Shown: piece after piece, positions 40,930-50,777 of the stretch
How positions within the stretch are numbered: the first letter of the stretch is position 1
Layout of the letters: every line of letters starts with the position of its first letter
Origin: Phycisphaerae bacterium
Lineage (GTDB): Bacteria > Planctomycetota > Phycisphaerae > UBA1845
Direction of reading: 5' to 3'
DNA: 64,000 nucleotides
Assembly (NCBI GenBank): GCA_963666835.2
Contig: CAXXGO010000006.1
Span: forward strand, 448,001-512,000
Notes under the pieces: generated by a model
Seen by the model: only the letters and a program-made list of their open reading frames with translations
Databases searched by the model: none
What the model was told of the DNA's origin: nothing
Translations under genes and position numbers: made by a program

Positions 40930-43617
40930 TCACGAGGCCGGCAAAGGGTCCAGAGGGGTCAGGTCTTCAATAAACCCGGCCAAAGCCCGTTTTTGGGCGG
41001 CTTCCGGGTCATCGGCCAGGTCGAAAGCGAGCTGCTCGAACCGCAGTTCCGCCTGCCGGAGCGCCTCGACGATGTCCGGATCAAACTGCAGCCCTGAAAG
41101 CTCAAAGATGATCCCTATCGCGATATCGTGCGGAATCGGCTCCTTGTAGACGCGCCTGGTGGTGAGGGCGTCGTAGACATCCGCCACGGCGGCAATACGG
41201 GCCGCCAGGGGAATCTCGTCCCCGGTAAGCCCCTGCGGATAACCGCGTCCGTTGTACCATTCGTGATGTCCGCCGGCGATTTCCTCGGCCATGGACAGGA
41301 ATCGGGCGTTGGGCGTCCGCGACAGTACCGTCCGCAACGTGTTGGCGCCGATTCTCGTGTGATTGCGCATCACTCCGCGCTGCTGGTCCGTGAGAGGTCC
41401 CGGCTTGTTGAGAATCTGGTCGGGGATTCCAACCTTGCCAATATCGTGCAGCGGCGCGGCCCGGACGAGGTCCTGGATGAACGCTTCGGTAATAAGCGAC
41501 TTATACCGGTCACTCTCTTGAAGCTGTCGAGCCAGCGCCAGACAGAACTGGGTCACACGTTCGACATGCTGTGAAGTATCGGAGTCGCGGTACTCGGCCA
41601 GCTTTGCTAACGCAATGACGATAGACTCCTGGGCGTCGTCACGAGCCCGGCGGGTCAGGCGTTCATCGATAGCCGCCGCGGCGGCGCTGGAGATCAGATC
41701 CAGGTACCCGAGCTGGTGCGGGGCGAACCGCGTACCCCCGCGGTAACCGGCAACGTGCAACACGCCGACCGTCGACTCCGAAACCCGCATCGCTTTCGAA
41801 ACCAAGGGGAAGCCGTCGAACAAAGAGGCGTCCGCCTCGGGGTGATGGCCGGTCATATCCCCGGCGTCGTTCAGCACGAGCGTGCTTCCTTCGCTGAAGA
41901 CCTTCCCGGTAATCTCCGCACCGACCGGCACGCAGATCGGGTCGTCATTCTTGAGGTTGATTCCCACAGCTCGGGCTATGGTCATGAGTTCCCGCTTCGG
42001 ATCGGGGAGCAGAATTGCCACGCGGGCACAGCAGGTCAGCTCGGACGTAACCTGCAGGGTCCGTTCGAGTATGGCGTTCATACTCGGTGCGATGGCCAGA
42101 TCACGCGAATAGTCCAGGAGCAGACTCAACGCCCTGCTCTGTTCACCGCGCACTTCGTAGCTGCTGGTCAGGGCCAAGTCGCTACGCGATAAACGAAGCA
42201 TGGACCTGATCCGCACGAGAAGTTCGCGCGCGTCGACGGGCTTGTTGAGGTACTCGTCCGCACCGGCCTCGATACAGGTTTCGACATCCGTCGCGTCCGT
42301 CCGGGCGGTGGTCATCACTACGGGGATCTCGCGCGTATCCGGATTACTCTTGAGAAGCCGAGTGCATTCCGGACCGGACATCTCCGGCATGTTCGTGTCC
42401 ATGAGTACGACGTCCGGACGAACGACCCCGATCAGGCTCAGGGCTTCGCGTCCGTTGACCGCCTCCGTCACCTCGTATCCGGCCCGCTCGAGGAAAGCGC
42501 GATACAACGTCCGATCGGCGCCGCTGTCATCAACTATCAGAACATGTGCGCCCTGCTCGGCAGCATAACCGGAGCTTGGCGTTGTCGGCTTCTGAACGGT
42601 GCCCTCGGGGGCCGCGTGTGCTGCAATCCCGCCGGCCGAGCACACCTTGTTTCGCCCCGAGTCTTTGGCAATGTAAAGAGCCTCGTCGGCCACCCGAAGC
42701 AAATCGTCGACGCGAGTCATGCTCACCGTACGTTCGGCGACCCCGAGGCTCACAGTAACGCGGAGTTCCAGCTCGTCGGTCCGGATCACGGATTCTTCAA
42801 TACTCCGACGAAGCTGTTCCGCCAGTTCAACCGCCGCCGGCTCCGAGCATCGCGGGCAGACAATCAGAAACTCCTCCCCGCCGATGCGGCAGACCAGCGC
42901 ACCTTCCGGCGTCATTGTCCGGAGCATTCGGGCCGTGTCCTTGAGAACGAGATCACCCACTGCATGCCCGTAGACGTCGTTGAAGCTCTTGAAATGGTCG
43001 ATATCCAAGGCGACGCACGCCAACATGCGGTCCTTAGCCTTCTTTGCCGTCCACAGTTCCTCCAAGCGAATCAGCGCCTCTCGCCGGTTAGTCAGACCGG
43101 TCAGCTCGTCGGTCGTCGCCATCCGATTGAGGGTCTCGTTGGCGTCGGCCAATCTCGAATGCGCAATCGCCATCTCGGCGTTGAAGCGGTGGACCTCGCG
43201 GTTTCTCCGGTCGACATCCTCTTTAAGACGGATGATCCGCTGACCGGCCCGGATTCGAGCCATCAAAGAACACCGCTTCATCGGCTTGATAATGAAGTCG
43301 TCCGCCCCGGCGTCGAATGCCTCAACCATGCTCTCGTCGTCACTCCGTACCGTGACGATGATGACGTAGGTGAAGGGGATGCCCTCGTGGCTGCGGATGG
43401 CCCGGCACAGCTCCAGCCCATCCATCTCGGGCATCATCCAATCGGTGACGACCATTGAAGGGCCCTTGTCCAGGATCGTCTTGAGCGCGTCCTTGCCATT
43501 CACCGCGGTCAGTACTTCATGTCCCTCCCGCGTCAGAAACGCCGACAGAAGCGTTACCGCCGCCGGATCGTCATCGACTACCAGAACCCGGAGCTTCTCG
43601 CGCTCAACCTCGTACAT
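40930..43617 (-). CDS. REC-GGDEF-REC-GAF-HD-GYP c-di-GMP cyclase/phosphodiesterase
   Basis: VLVVDDD...DWMMPEMDG; DIDHFKSFNDVYGH...RIGGEEF; second REC DTNMPEMSG; HDIGK...HHEWYNGRGYP...ADVYDAL. Confidence 0.95.
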   Translation of the reverse strand: MYEVEREKLRVLVVDDDPAAVTLLSAFLTREGHEVLTAVNGKDALKTILDKGPSMVVTDWMMPEMDGLELCRAIRSHEGIPFTYVIIVTVRSDDESMVEAFDAGADDFIIKPMKRCSLMARIRAGQRIIRLKEDVDRRNREVHRFNAEMAIAHSRLADANETLNRMATTDELTGLTNRREALIRLEELWTAKKAKDRMLACVALDIDHFKSFNDVYGHAVGDLVLKDTARMLRTMTPEGALVCRIGGEEFLIVCPRCSEPAAVELAEQLRRSIEESVIRTDELELRVTVSLGVAERTVSMTRVDDLLRVADEALYIAKDSGRNKVCSAGGIAAHAAPEGTVQKPTTPSSGYAAEQGAHVLIVDDSGADRTLYRAFLERAGYEVTEAVNGREALSLIGVVRPDVVLMDTNMPEMSGPECTRLLKSNPDTREIPVVMTTARTDATDVETCIEAGADEYLNKPVDARELLVRIRSMLRLSRSDLALTSSYEVRGEQSRALSLLLDYSRDLAIAPSMNAILERTLQVTSELTCCARVAILLPDPKRELMTIARAVGINLKNDDPICVPVGAEITGKVFSEGSTLVLNDAGDMTGHHPEADASLFDGFPLVSKAMRVSESTVGVLHVAGYRGGTRFAPHQLGYLDLISSAAAAAIDERLTRRARDDAQESIVIALAKLAEYRDSDTSQHVERVTQFCLALARQLQESDRYKSLITEAFIQDLVRAAPLHDIGKVGIPDQILNKPGPLTDQQRGVMRNHTRIGANTLRTVLSRTPNARFLSMAEEIAGGHHEWYNGRGYPQGLTGDEIPLAARIAAVADVYDALTTRRVYKEPIPHDIAIGIIFELSGLQFDPDIVEALRQAELRFEQLAFDLADDPEAAQKRALAGFIEDLTPLDPLPAS

Positions 43618-44632
43618 CAGCCCCCCCTGCGTCAATCGTTGACTCCACGGATACGTCCGTGGTGAAACCAAGCCGGCCTTGCTGCGCCACGGCTTCCCCC
43701 ATGATCTCGGCCAACGGCGGAACTCGGCGAGTGCGAATCGCGAAGATCGTCCCGGCCTCTCGCCATTCGCGGCTTATCGAATCGAACATCTCGTTGTACG
43801 TCCCCGGAGGAATCCCCAGCCCGGCAGCTCGGACCACGAAATCGGAAAGAACCTCAGTATGTGCGTTCGGTCGCGGCAACACCCGAGCGATCCCGCCGGC
43901 GAGCTGCAAGATCCGCGCGAACGACAGGGAACGCGATCCCTGCTCCAACTCCCCGGAATTGGGATGCAGTTGGTGTCGAACCGCCAGACAAAAGACCTCC
44001 GGAAGATGCCAGCCGTTCATCATCTCCGCAGTCATCGCGCAGTGGTCGATTCCGAACGTCGCTACCTCACGTTCCGCCAGCCGATTGCGACTATCTTGCG
44101 ACCATGCACTCAGCACCTCCCCATAGGATTCCGGGCAGGCGACGGCGAACGCCAATCGTCCGATCTGCCCCAGCAGCCCGCACCCGAAGGCCTCGTCCGG
44201 GGCGAAGCTCCCCAACCGGCCGGCCAGATGACGCGAAGCCACCCCGTACGCCAACGACTCCGCCCAGAACAGGTCGTAATCGAAACCCCGGCAGGAACCC
44301 TGGCGATTGTCCGAAACCAGAGAGAAGCCCAAAGCCAGCGAAGTAACCGCACGGGTCCCCAGAAAAGTCACTGCTCGTTGAATCGATGCGATCCGCCGAT
44401 TCGCCCCGGCCAGGGGCGTGTTCGCAACTTTGAGCAGCCGCGCGGCGATGGCCGGATCGCACTCGATCGCCGCTGCGATGGTCTTCATCGTCGCCGCGTC
44501 GTCGCGGGAAAGCTGCAATATGCGCAACGCGACGCCCTTCGGAGACGGTAGACTCCCCTGATCGCGTATTCTCTCGAAGGCTCGGCGGACATCCGCCGAC
44601 GGCTCGGTTGCTGCCTGCACCAAGTTATGCAT
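43604..44632 (-). CDS. HDOD domain protein, overlapping the next gene by 14 nt
   Basis: LPSPKGVALRILQL, IECDPAIAARLLKVAN, GLLGQIGRL, FGIDH...WHLP. Confidence 0.9.
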   Translation of the reverse strand: MHNLVQAATEPSADVRRAFERIRDQGSLPSPKGVALRILQLSRDDAATMKTIAAAIECDPAIAARLLKVANTPLAGANRRIASIQRAVTFLGTRAVTSLALGFSLVSDNRQGSCRGFDYDLFWAESLAYGVASRHLAGRLGSFAPDEAFGCGLLGQIGRLAFAVACPESYGEVLSAWSQDSRNRLAEREVATFGIDHCAMTAEMMNGWHLPEVFCLAVRHQLHPNSGELEQGSRSLSFARILQLAGGIARVLPRPNAHTEVLSDFVVRAAGLGIPPGTYNEMFDSISREWREAGTIFAIRTRRVPPLAEIMGEAVAQQGRLGFTTDVSVESTIDAGGADVRG

Positions 44633-45034
44633 CGGTCCCCCCGACCTGCCACTTACGGCCCTGTTTCGAGTCCCACGACTTGCCCGAAGTGAACTGCCCC
44701 GACTCAGGCTGCCGACCCTCGAGCCGGCACCACTCGGCAGAAACCCCGGTGCGGCCTCCCCTCCGTAAATGCCCTGGTGAATACTTCGTCCCTTTACGAC
44801 CGGAAGCTGAGATAGAAGAGGCGGCCGGCTCGACTGCCGTAAGCGAAAGGTGCTCCCGGTGGACGTCCGGAAACCGAAGACTACGATTGCGTTCCCGAAC
44901 CGCCGGTTATTCGGGACGTTCTAACCATAACAAGATCCTATAATCGCCAGCCAACCCCCCGGCGCGGTATCAGGTGGCTCGCGGTTACAAAGAAAGAACG
45001 GCCGTCCGACGCCGCAGAGAGGAAAAGGCCCGAA

Positions 45035-45760
45035 ATGACCAATGCTCGATCTAGTATGGACCGAATCGACGAGAGCATGCGCGAGCCGGTCGGTCATCTC
45101 ATAGACGTGGTTACCGAGGCGACGGGCGGTGGAGCAAAGTCCCTGGCCCTCTTCGGGGCGATTGCCGCAGGGTCCTTCGATCGAAGCCGGCACACGGCGC
45201 GGAGCGTTCTGGTGGTCGAGCGGGTGGATCTGACGGCACTGCAACGGCTGGCCCAACACGGGCTGAAGCTCGGCAAGAGCCGCATTGCCGCCCCGCTGAT
45301 TATGACGCCGGCGTACATCAAGTCCTCGCTCGACACCTTCCCGCTGGAGATGATCGAGATTCACCAAAACCATATCACCGTGCTCGGCGAGGAGTACTTC
45401 GACAAACTCACTTTCGACGAAGCCCACATTCGCCTGCAGTGCGAACGCGAGCTGAAGACCATTCTGATCGGCCTTCGGCAGGGGCTCCTGGCCGCGACCG
45501 GAAGCGAGAAGCTTCTCGGAGCCCTCGCGCAAGACGTTGGCGAAGGCCTGATGCGCACGTTGCGCGGGCTGCTGTGGCTCAAAGGACAACGCGATGCCAA
45601 GCCGGCCGCGACGGTGATTACCGAAGTTGAGAAGATTGCCGAACGCGAGCTGCCCGGAATTCGTACCGCCCTGGATGGTAACGCCGCCCACGGCTGGCCC
45701 GAATTCGAGCGGCTCTACCGGGATGTCGAAGCCATCGGGGAGGTCGCCGATGCCTGGTAA
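45035..45760 (+). CDS. Nucleotidyltransferase-like protein lacking the DxD motif
   Basis: SLALFGAIAAGSF and SSLDTFPLEMIEI...VLGEE...IRLQCERELK match, from memory, the family usually found beside TPM and LemA genes. Confidence 0.7.
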   Translation: MTNARSSMDRIDESMREPVGHLIDVVTEATGGGAKSLALFGAIAAGSFDRSRHTARSVLVVERVDLTALQRLAQHGLKLGKSRIAAPLIMTPAYIKSSLDTFPLEMIEIHQNHITVLGEEYFDKLTFDEAHIRLQCERELKTILIGLRQGLLAATGSEKLLGALAQDVGEGLMRTLRGLLWLKGQRDAKPAATVITEVEKIAERELPGIRTALDGNAAHGWPEFERLYRDVEAIGEVADAW

Positions 45761-46598
45761 GACTCTAGCGATGATGTCGGTGCTGTTCGCTCTGGCGGCC
45801 GTGGCTCGAGGTGAGGTCACCATTCCGGACTCTGGCCGGTTCGTGATGGACCAGGCCGGCATTATCGATGCATCCCATGAAAGGCTGATCGAGGGTTGGT
45901 TGGGCGAACTCCAGCAGAAGACTCGGGTCCAAATCAAACTGCTCACCGTTACCACAACAGACGGCGAGGATTTCTTCGGTTTCGTTCAACGGCACGCCGA
46001 GCTGTGGAAGCTGGGGCTTAAAGGGCAGGACAACGGCGCGCTGATCGCGGTTCTGCCCAAGGTCGGGAGCCGGAAGGGACAGGTCCGCATTCACACCGGC
46101 TATGGCATGGAGGCGGTGCTCCCGGATTCCTGGTGCGGGGCTGTCTCGCGCGATGTCGTTCAAGAGTACTTCCGCGAAGGGCGGGTGTCTGAAGGGTCTG
46201 CCCGCCTCGTCGCCACGGTGGCCAATAAGGTCGCCCAAAGTGCGAATGTCAGTCTAAGCGGGCTATCGAATCAGCCGCAGCCAGGTCGCCACTCCCGCCG
46301 GGTTCCCAAAGGCGGGCTGGCGTGTGGCGGCATGGTGCCCTTCATCGTGCTTCTTCTGGTGTTCTCATCGATGGGGCGGCGAGGTCGCTATCGCGGGGCG
46401 TGGGGCGGGGGAGGTCTCTGGCAGGGACTGCTGCTCGGCAGCATATTGAGCAACTCGATGGGCCGGCGAGGTTCATCGTGGGGCGGCGGGTTCGGAGGAG
46501 GCGGGTTCGGTGGCGGAGGATTCGGGGGAGGTTTCGGAGGCGGGGGCTTCGGTGGAGGAGGCGGATTCGGTGGGGGCGGCGGCGGAGCGAGTTGGTAA
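45750..46598 (+). CDS. TPM domain protein (YgcG-like) with a Gly-rich tail
   Basis: VMDQAGII, WKLGLKGQDNGALI, RIHTGYGMEAVLPD, TM segment, terminal GGGGASW. Confidence 0.93.
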   Translation: MPGKTLAMMSVLFALAAVARGEVTIPDSGRFVMDQAGIIDASHERLIEGWLGELQQKTRVQIKLLTVTTTDGEDFFGFVQRHAELWKLGLKGQDNGALIAVLPKVGSRKGQVRIHTGYGMEAVLPDSWCGAVSRDVVQEYFREGRVSEGSARLVATVANKVAQSANVSLSGLSNQPQPGRHSRRVPKGGLACGGMVPFIVLLLVFSSMGRRGRYRGAWGGGGLWQGLLLGSILSNSMGRRGSSWGGGFGGGGFGGGGFGGGFGGGGFGGGGGFGGGGGGASW

Positions 46599-46664
46599 CT
46601 AAGAAGAATGATCGGGCGATGGTTGGATAATCGTCCTTACACCTCTTCCGAAAGGTCGAGAACT

Positions 46665-47261
46665 ATGAGCATTGGAAAAGTACTGGTCATAATCCTGCTG
46701 GCGCTACTGTGTGCGCTGGTCATTGTGGGTGGATGCGTCTACCGCGGCTACAACCAGGCGATTACTCTGGATGAGAACGTCCAAGCCGCCTGGGCCCAGG
46801 TCGACAACCAGCTCCAAAGGCGCTTCGAACTGATCCCCAACCTCGTGGAAACGGTCAAGGGCTTCGCCGCCCAGGAAGAGAAGGTCTTCCTCGGTATCGC
46901 CGACGCCCGTAAGTCGTATTTTCAGGCGGGATCGGTCCAGCAGAAGGCCAAGGCCGCGGGCATGTTCGAGTCTGCGCTGTCGCGTCTGCTGGTTCTGCGG
47001 GAGACATACCCCCAGCTCAAGTCGAACGAATCGTTCCTGAAGCTGCAGGACTCTTTGGAGGGCACCGAAAACCGCCTGTCCGTCGAGCGCAAGCGATATA
47101 ACGACGCGGTTAAGCAACTCAACACGTTCACGCGCCGATTGCTCGGGCGGTTCTACGCCGGCTTGGCCGGAGTCGAAAAGGCGGAGTACTTCGAAGTCAC
47201 GGAAGAAGCCAAGACCGCGCCCAAAGTCGACTTCACCCCCGAGCCCCCAAGCGGGGGGTAG
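46665..47261 (+). CDS. lemA: LemA family protein
   Basis: AWAQVDNQLQRRFELIPNLVETVKG, YPQLKSNESF, EGTENRLSVERKRYN. Confidence 0.96.
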   Translation: MSIGKVLVIILLALLCALVIVGGCVYRGYNQAITLDENVQAAWAQVDNQLQRRFELIPNLVETVKGFAAQEEKVFLGIADARKSYFQAGSVQQKAKAAGMFESALSRLLVLRETYPQLKSNESFLKLQDSLEGTENRLSVERKRYNDAVKQLNTFTRRLLGRFYAGLAGVEKAEYFEVTEEAKTAPKVDFTPEPPSGG

Positions 47262-47293
47262 CTGCCGTTTGCCAGGAGAAGGTGACGAATACG

Positions 47294-47605
47294 ATGGATC
47301 TGATGAACACACGAATCCTCGATCTGCTAATCGATGACGACGAGCAACTTGAGGAGCTGTTTCTCGGTGTGAACTTCCGCCAGGAAGACAATGTGTTCAT
47401 GCGTTATCGTGTATCCATACGAATGACCGAACTGGTCCTGCTGCTCAAGAGACTGGAGGACGACGGCATTATCGAGGTCAAGCGGGCCAGAGGATACGAA
47501 GATGATGCGGACATCGCGGGGGCGCTATTCTGTCTCACGAGTCGCGGCCGGAGTATGTGGAATCCTGAGACCTCGCGCCTGCCGGGACTCTACGAACTCG
47601 CATGA
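47294..47605 (+). CDS. Small hypothetical protein, possibly winged-helix-like
   Basis: Co-oriented after lemA; LKRLEDDGIIEV...FCLTSRGR pattern; start may be 47282 or 47303. Confidence 0.55.
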   Translation: MDLMNTRILDLLIDDDEQLEELFLGVNFRQEDNVFMRYRVSIRMTELVLLLKRLEDDGIIEVKRARGYEDDADIAGALFCLTSRGRSMWNPETSRLPGLYELA

Positions 47606-47658
47606 AGCCAAGCCAAGAAGGTTGGGCTCCGGCCAACACCTCCCGGAATTGGTTTGGC

Positions 47659-47813
47659 GGGTGGGGAATCGATGGTGGAAGGTGGGTGCCTGTCGGATTC
47701 TCGTCCATTCCCCACCCATTCCGGCGGCGAATGGGGGCGGCTGTTCGAACCCAACAAACGCCGGTATGGGGCACCCGCGCCAAGTAGGGCACGGTCGAGG
47801 CACGAGACCTGCC
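47659..47813. repeat. Uninterrupted copy of the intron target repeat (47659-47780, minus strand) plus REP-A (47784-47813)
   Basis: The reverse complement aligns to 28326-28403 joined to 30329-30378. Confidence 0.85.
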
Positions 47814-47947
47814 GCAAAGACTGACGTTCTTCCCCCGAATCCACCCACGCCGCGCATAGGAAAAGGGGGGCGTTTGCCCCCCTCTCTGAGTCTTCTGCCC
47901 GACCAATGCCGGCCGGCATACTGTCGAAAGCGTCTGCGTACTGACGG

Positions 47948-48781
47948 TTAACCGCCGACCTTCACTACTGCCAGATCGGTAACCGCGTTCACCCCGGCCG
48001 CCTTTAGCACGTCGCCGACTTTGGCCTTACCGTAGTCGTCCGTCTTGACGTGCAACTGCTCCATCAAGACTCGCTCGGAATAGTAGGCGTTGACCTTGCC
48101 CTCGGCGATCTTGGCCACGATCTGCTCCGGCTTGCCTTCGGCCTTGGCCATCTCGACAGCCTGCTCGCGGACCTTCTCGATGTCCGCGGCGGAGACGCCG
48201 GCGCGATCCACAGCCACCGGCTTGGTAAACACCGTATGCATGCAGAGGTCCGCAGCAACGTTCTTGTCAGACTTCGGCTCGGCGTCCAGAGCCAGCAGCA
48301 CACCGATCTTGCCATCGTGATGCAGGTACGACGCGAGATACTCGCCCTGCATCCGCCGGCACGAGGTCAGATTCATGTTCTCCCGCAGTTTGCCGAACAC
48401 ATCCGTGAACTTGGTGTCCAGCTCCGGATCCTTGCGGACTTCTTCAGGGTTCGGCGAAGTCTCCGTGCCGGCCGCCACCTTGCGGGCGAACGCGTCGGCA
48501 AGCTCGATGAACAAATCGTTGTGGGCCACCGGAGCCGTCTCGCACTGCAGCTCGATAATGGCACCGACCTTCTTCGCGTCGTCGATGTAGATCCCGATTC
48601 GCCCCTCGCCCGTCGCGCGATCCGTACGGTCCGCGAGCTTGCCCTTGTGCTTCTTCCGCAGCCACTCCGTCGCGGCTTCCATCTCGCCGTTGCATTCGGT
48701 CAGCGCCTGCTTGCACTCCATCATCGGGAGATCGGTCTTGGCGCGCAGCTCCTTGACCATTTGAGCCGTAATACTTGCCAT
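47948..48781 (-). CDS. tsf: Translation elongation factor Ts
   Basis: ITAQMVKELRAKTDLPMMECKQAL, ELQCETAPVA, GKPEQIVAKIAEGK; follows rpsB. Confidence 0.97.
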   Translation of the reverse strand: MASITAQMVKELRAKTDLPMMECKQALTECNGEMEAATEWLRKKHKGKLADRTDRATGEGRIGIYIDDAKKVGAIIELQCETAPVAHNDLFIELADAFARKVAAGTETSPNPEEVRKDPELDTKFTDVFGKLRENMNLTSCRRMQGEYLASYLHHDGKIGVLLALDAEPKSDKNVAADLCMHTVFTKPVAVDRAGVSAADIEKVREQAVEMAKAEGKPEQIVAKIAEGKVNAYYSERVLMEQLHVKTDDYGKAKVGDVLKAAGVNAVTDLAVVKVGG

Positions 48782-48949
48782 CTTCAGATACCTTCCACAT
48801 TCCGGCCCGACGATACTCGCCGTGGCCATGCCGTCTCTAACAAACGGGGTCCGCGCGCTTCCGCGGGCCTGCCGCGCAATTGTTCCATGTTCAAATCAGG
48901 AAGGCCGCGTCAGACCGAGATCGCGGCCCTCGGAATCGATCCGGGGAGT

Positions 48950-49819
48950 CTACGACGACCCCTCGGCGCTCGAACCAGCGTCGACTGCCGGTGCCGTGGT
49001 TCCGGGTTCGGCCGCTTCAACCGGCGGCGGCGTACCCGCCGCGCCAACATCGGCTGCAACCGGCTCGGCCGGCGGTTTGGGCCGCCGTTCGCGCTTCTCG
49101 GCCGGCGGTCGATCCTCCTCCGGCGTCGGCACCTTCCGCGCCCGCTTGCCCTCTTCGATGGCATCGGTCAGATGGGTCAAAACGACCTCGATCGCCCTGA
49201 TCGCGTCGTCGTTACCCGGGATGGGCAAGTCGGCGAAATCGGGATCGCTGTCCGTGTCAATCAGGCAAATCGTCGGAATCCCCAGCTTCTTGGCTTCGCG
49301 CACCGCGTTGCGCTCCCGGTGTACGTCAATCACAACGACGGAACCCGGGAGTTTGGACATCGTGCGGATGCCCTCGAGGTTGCGTCTGATCTTGCGAAGC
49401 TCGCGTGCCCGCGACGCTATCATCTTCTTGCTGTACTCTAGTGCAGTGCCGTCGGCTTCCGCGGCCTCAAGTTCCTCGAGACGCGACAAACGCGATCGAA
49501 TCGTACGAAAGTTGGTTAAGGTCCCACCAAGCCAGCGCTCTGCCACGAAGGGCATGCCCGCCTGCCGCGCATGCTCCCGGATCTGTATCCGCGCCTGCCG
49601 CTTGGTACCTACAAACAAGACATCCTCACCCCGGGCCACCGATTGCGCGATGAACTTCTTCGCCCGCAACAGACCCAACACCGTCTCTCGAATGTCGAGG
49701 ATGTGGATCGTGTTGCGCTTCCCAAAGATGTACGGTGCCATCTTGGGATTCCAGCGGCTCGCGCGATGGCCGAAGTGAATACCAGAGTTCACTAGTTGCC
49801 GAACCAAATCCGAAGCCAA
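48950..49819 (-). CDS. rpsB: 30S ribosomal protein S2 with a Pro/Ala/Glu-rich tail
   Basis: GIHFGH...WNPKMAPYIF, RWLGGTLTNF, IPGNDDAIRAI; TTG start with GGAGGT RBS. Confidence 0.98.
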   Translation of the reverse strand: MASDLVRQLVNSGIHFGHRASRWNPKMAPYIFGKRNTIHILDIRETVLGLLRAKKFIAQSVARGEDVLFVGTKRQARIQIREHARQAGMPFVAERWLGGTLTNFRTIRSRLSRLEELEAAEADGTALEYSKKMIASRARELRKIRRNLEGIRTMSKLPGSVVVIDVHRERNAVREAKKLGIPTICLIDTDSDPDFADLPIPGNDDAIRAIEVVLTHLTDAIEEGKRARKVPTPEEDRPPAEKRERRPKPPAEPVAADVGAAGTPPPVEAAEPGTTAPAVDAGSSAEGSS

Positions 49820-50282
49820 AAAAATACCTCCGAATAGGAGCCAAAAAAGAGCATACCGCTCGCGCGGTAACAGCCAAGAAGTCTAACAGATTGCCATGTG
49901 CCGGCAAGTCACAGGGGCGAAAGCGGCGGGAAAGAGGCTGAAACGAAGATGGCCTGCACCAGCGCGGACCCGGCCGAAGGACCAATCGAGCGAACAAACG
50001 TTACTCTCTTCCGGAGGCGATACTCCCACTTTCAGGTACGACTGTCACCGAAACGGACACCGCTGTTAAGCACACCCCCGATGCCCAAACGCGCACAGGA
50101 TGGACCGATAACCGTATGATGACCATCGGGGAATCGCCGTAACCCAGTTCAAGCAATCGACTTACGATCGTGAGCGTTGCATGAGCCGAAAGTGGTATTA
50201 CCTCGCGAAGCGGACCACGGCTCGAATCCGGAGGTTGCCGGGCGTCTGGTGCGAAAGAGGCGCGGAGGCGTATAATCGGACC

Positions 50283-50777
50283 ATGAGATTCCGCTCCGCG
50301 ACCAATGCCGATACCGCCGACATCAGGCGCGTGGCCTCCACCGTCCTGCTCGAATACGGTCTGGAAATCGATTGCGGCGGAGTGGACACCGATCTCGACG
50401 ATGTGGAGGCCGCCTACATCGAAACCGGCGGCGTCTTCGAGGTAATCGAGACCGATGAGGGGCGGATTGTCGGCACGGGTGGGATGGTGCCCAAGGGCGA
50501 TGGCGTAGCCGAGCTGCGTAAGATGTACCTGCTCCGCGAAGCGCGAGGAAAGGGCCTGGGAAAGACCATGCTCGACCGTTTGATTAGGAAGGCCAAATCG
50601 GCCGGCTTCCATCGCGTCGAGCTGGAGACTACGGGGGTACTGACGGAGGCGGCCGGGCTGTACAAACGCTATGGATTCCGGCCGATTCACCGCGAGCCAG
50701 CGGCATCACGGTGTGATCAAGCTCTGGCGCTCGATCTTCGCAAGTCCGCGGCCCAACTCAGCAAGACGGCACGGTGA
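50283..50777 (+). CDS. GNAT family N-acetyltransferase
   Basis: AELRKMYLLREARGKGLGK, LETTGVLTEAAGLYKRYGF. Confidence 0.92.
   Translation: MRFRSATNADTADIRRVASTVLLEYGLEIDCGGVDTDLDDVEAAYIETGGVFEVIETDEGRIVGTGGMVPKGDGVAELRKMYLLREARGKGLGKTMLDRLIRKAKSAGFHRVELETTGVLTEAAGLYKRYGFRPIHREPAASRCDQALALDLRKSAAQLSKTAR

Noticed and set aside
39299..40930. FMN riboswitch for ribBA
   Set aside because: ribBA is translationally coupled to the upstream pgsA-like gene and no RFN motif is visible.
46478..46598. Gly/Phe-rich repeat
   Set aside because: Normal C-terminal tail of TPM-domain proteins.
48950..49140. Long S2 C-terminal tail as a novelty
   Set aside because: Low-complexity S2 extensions are common in many bacteria.
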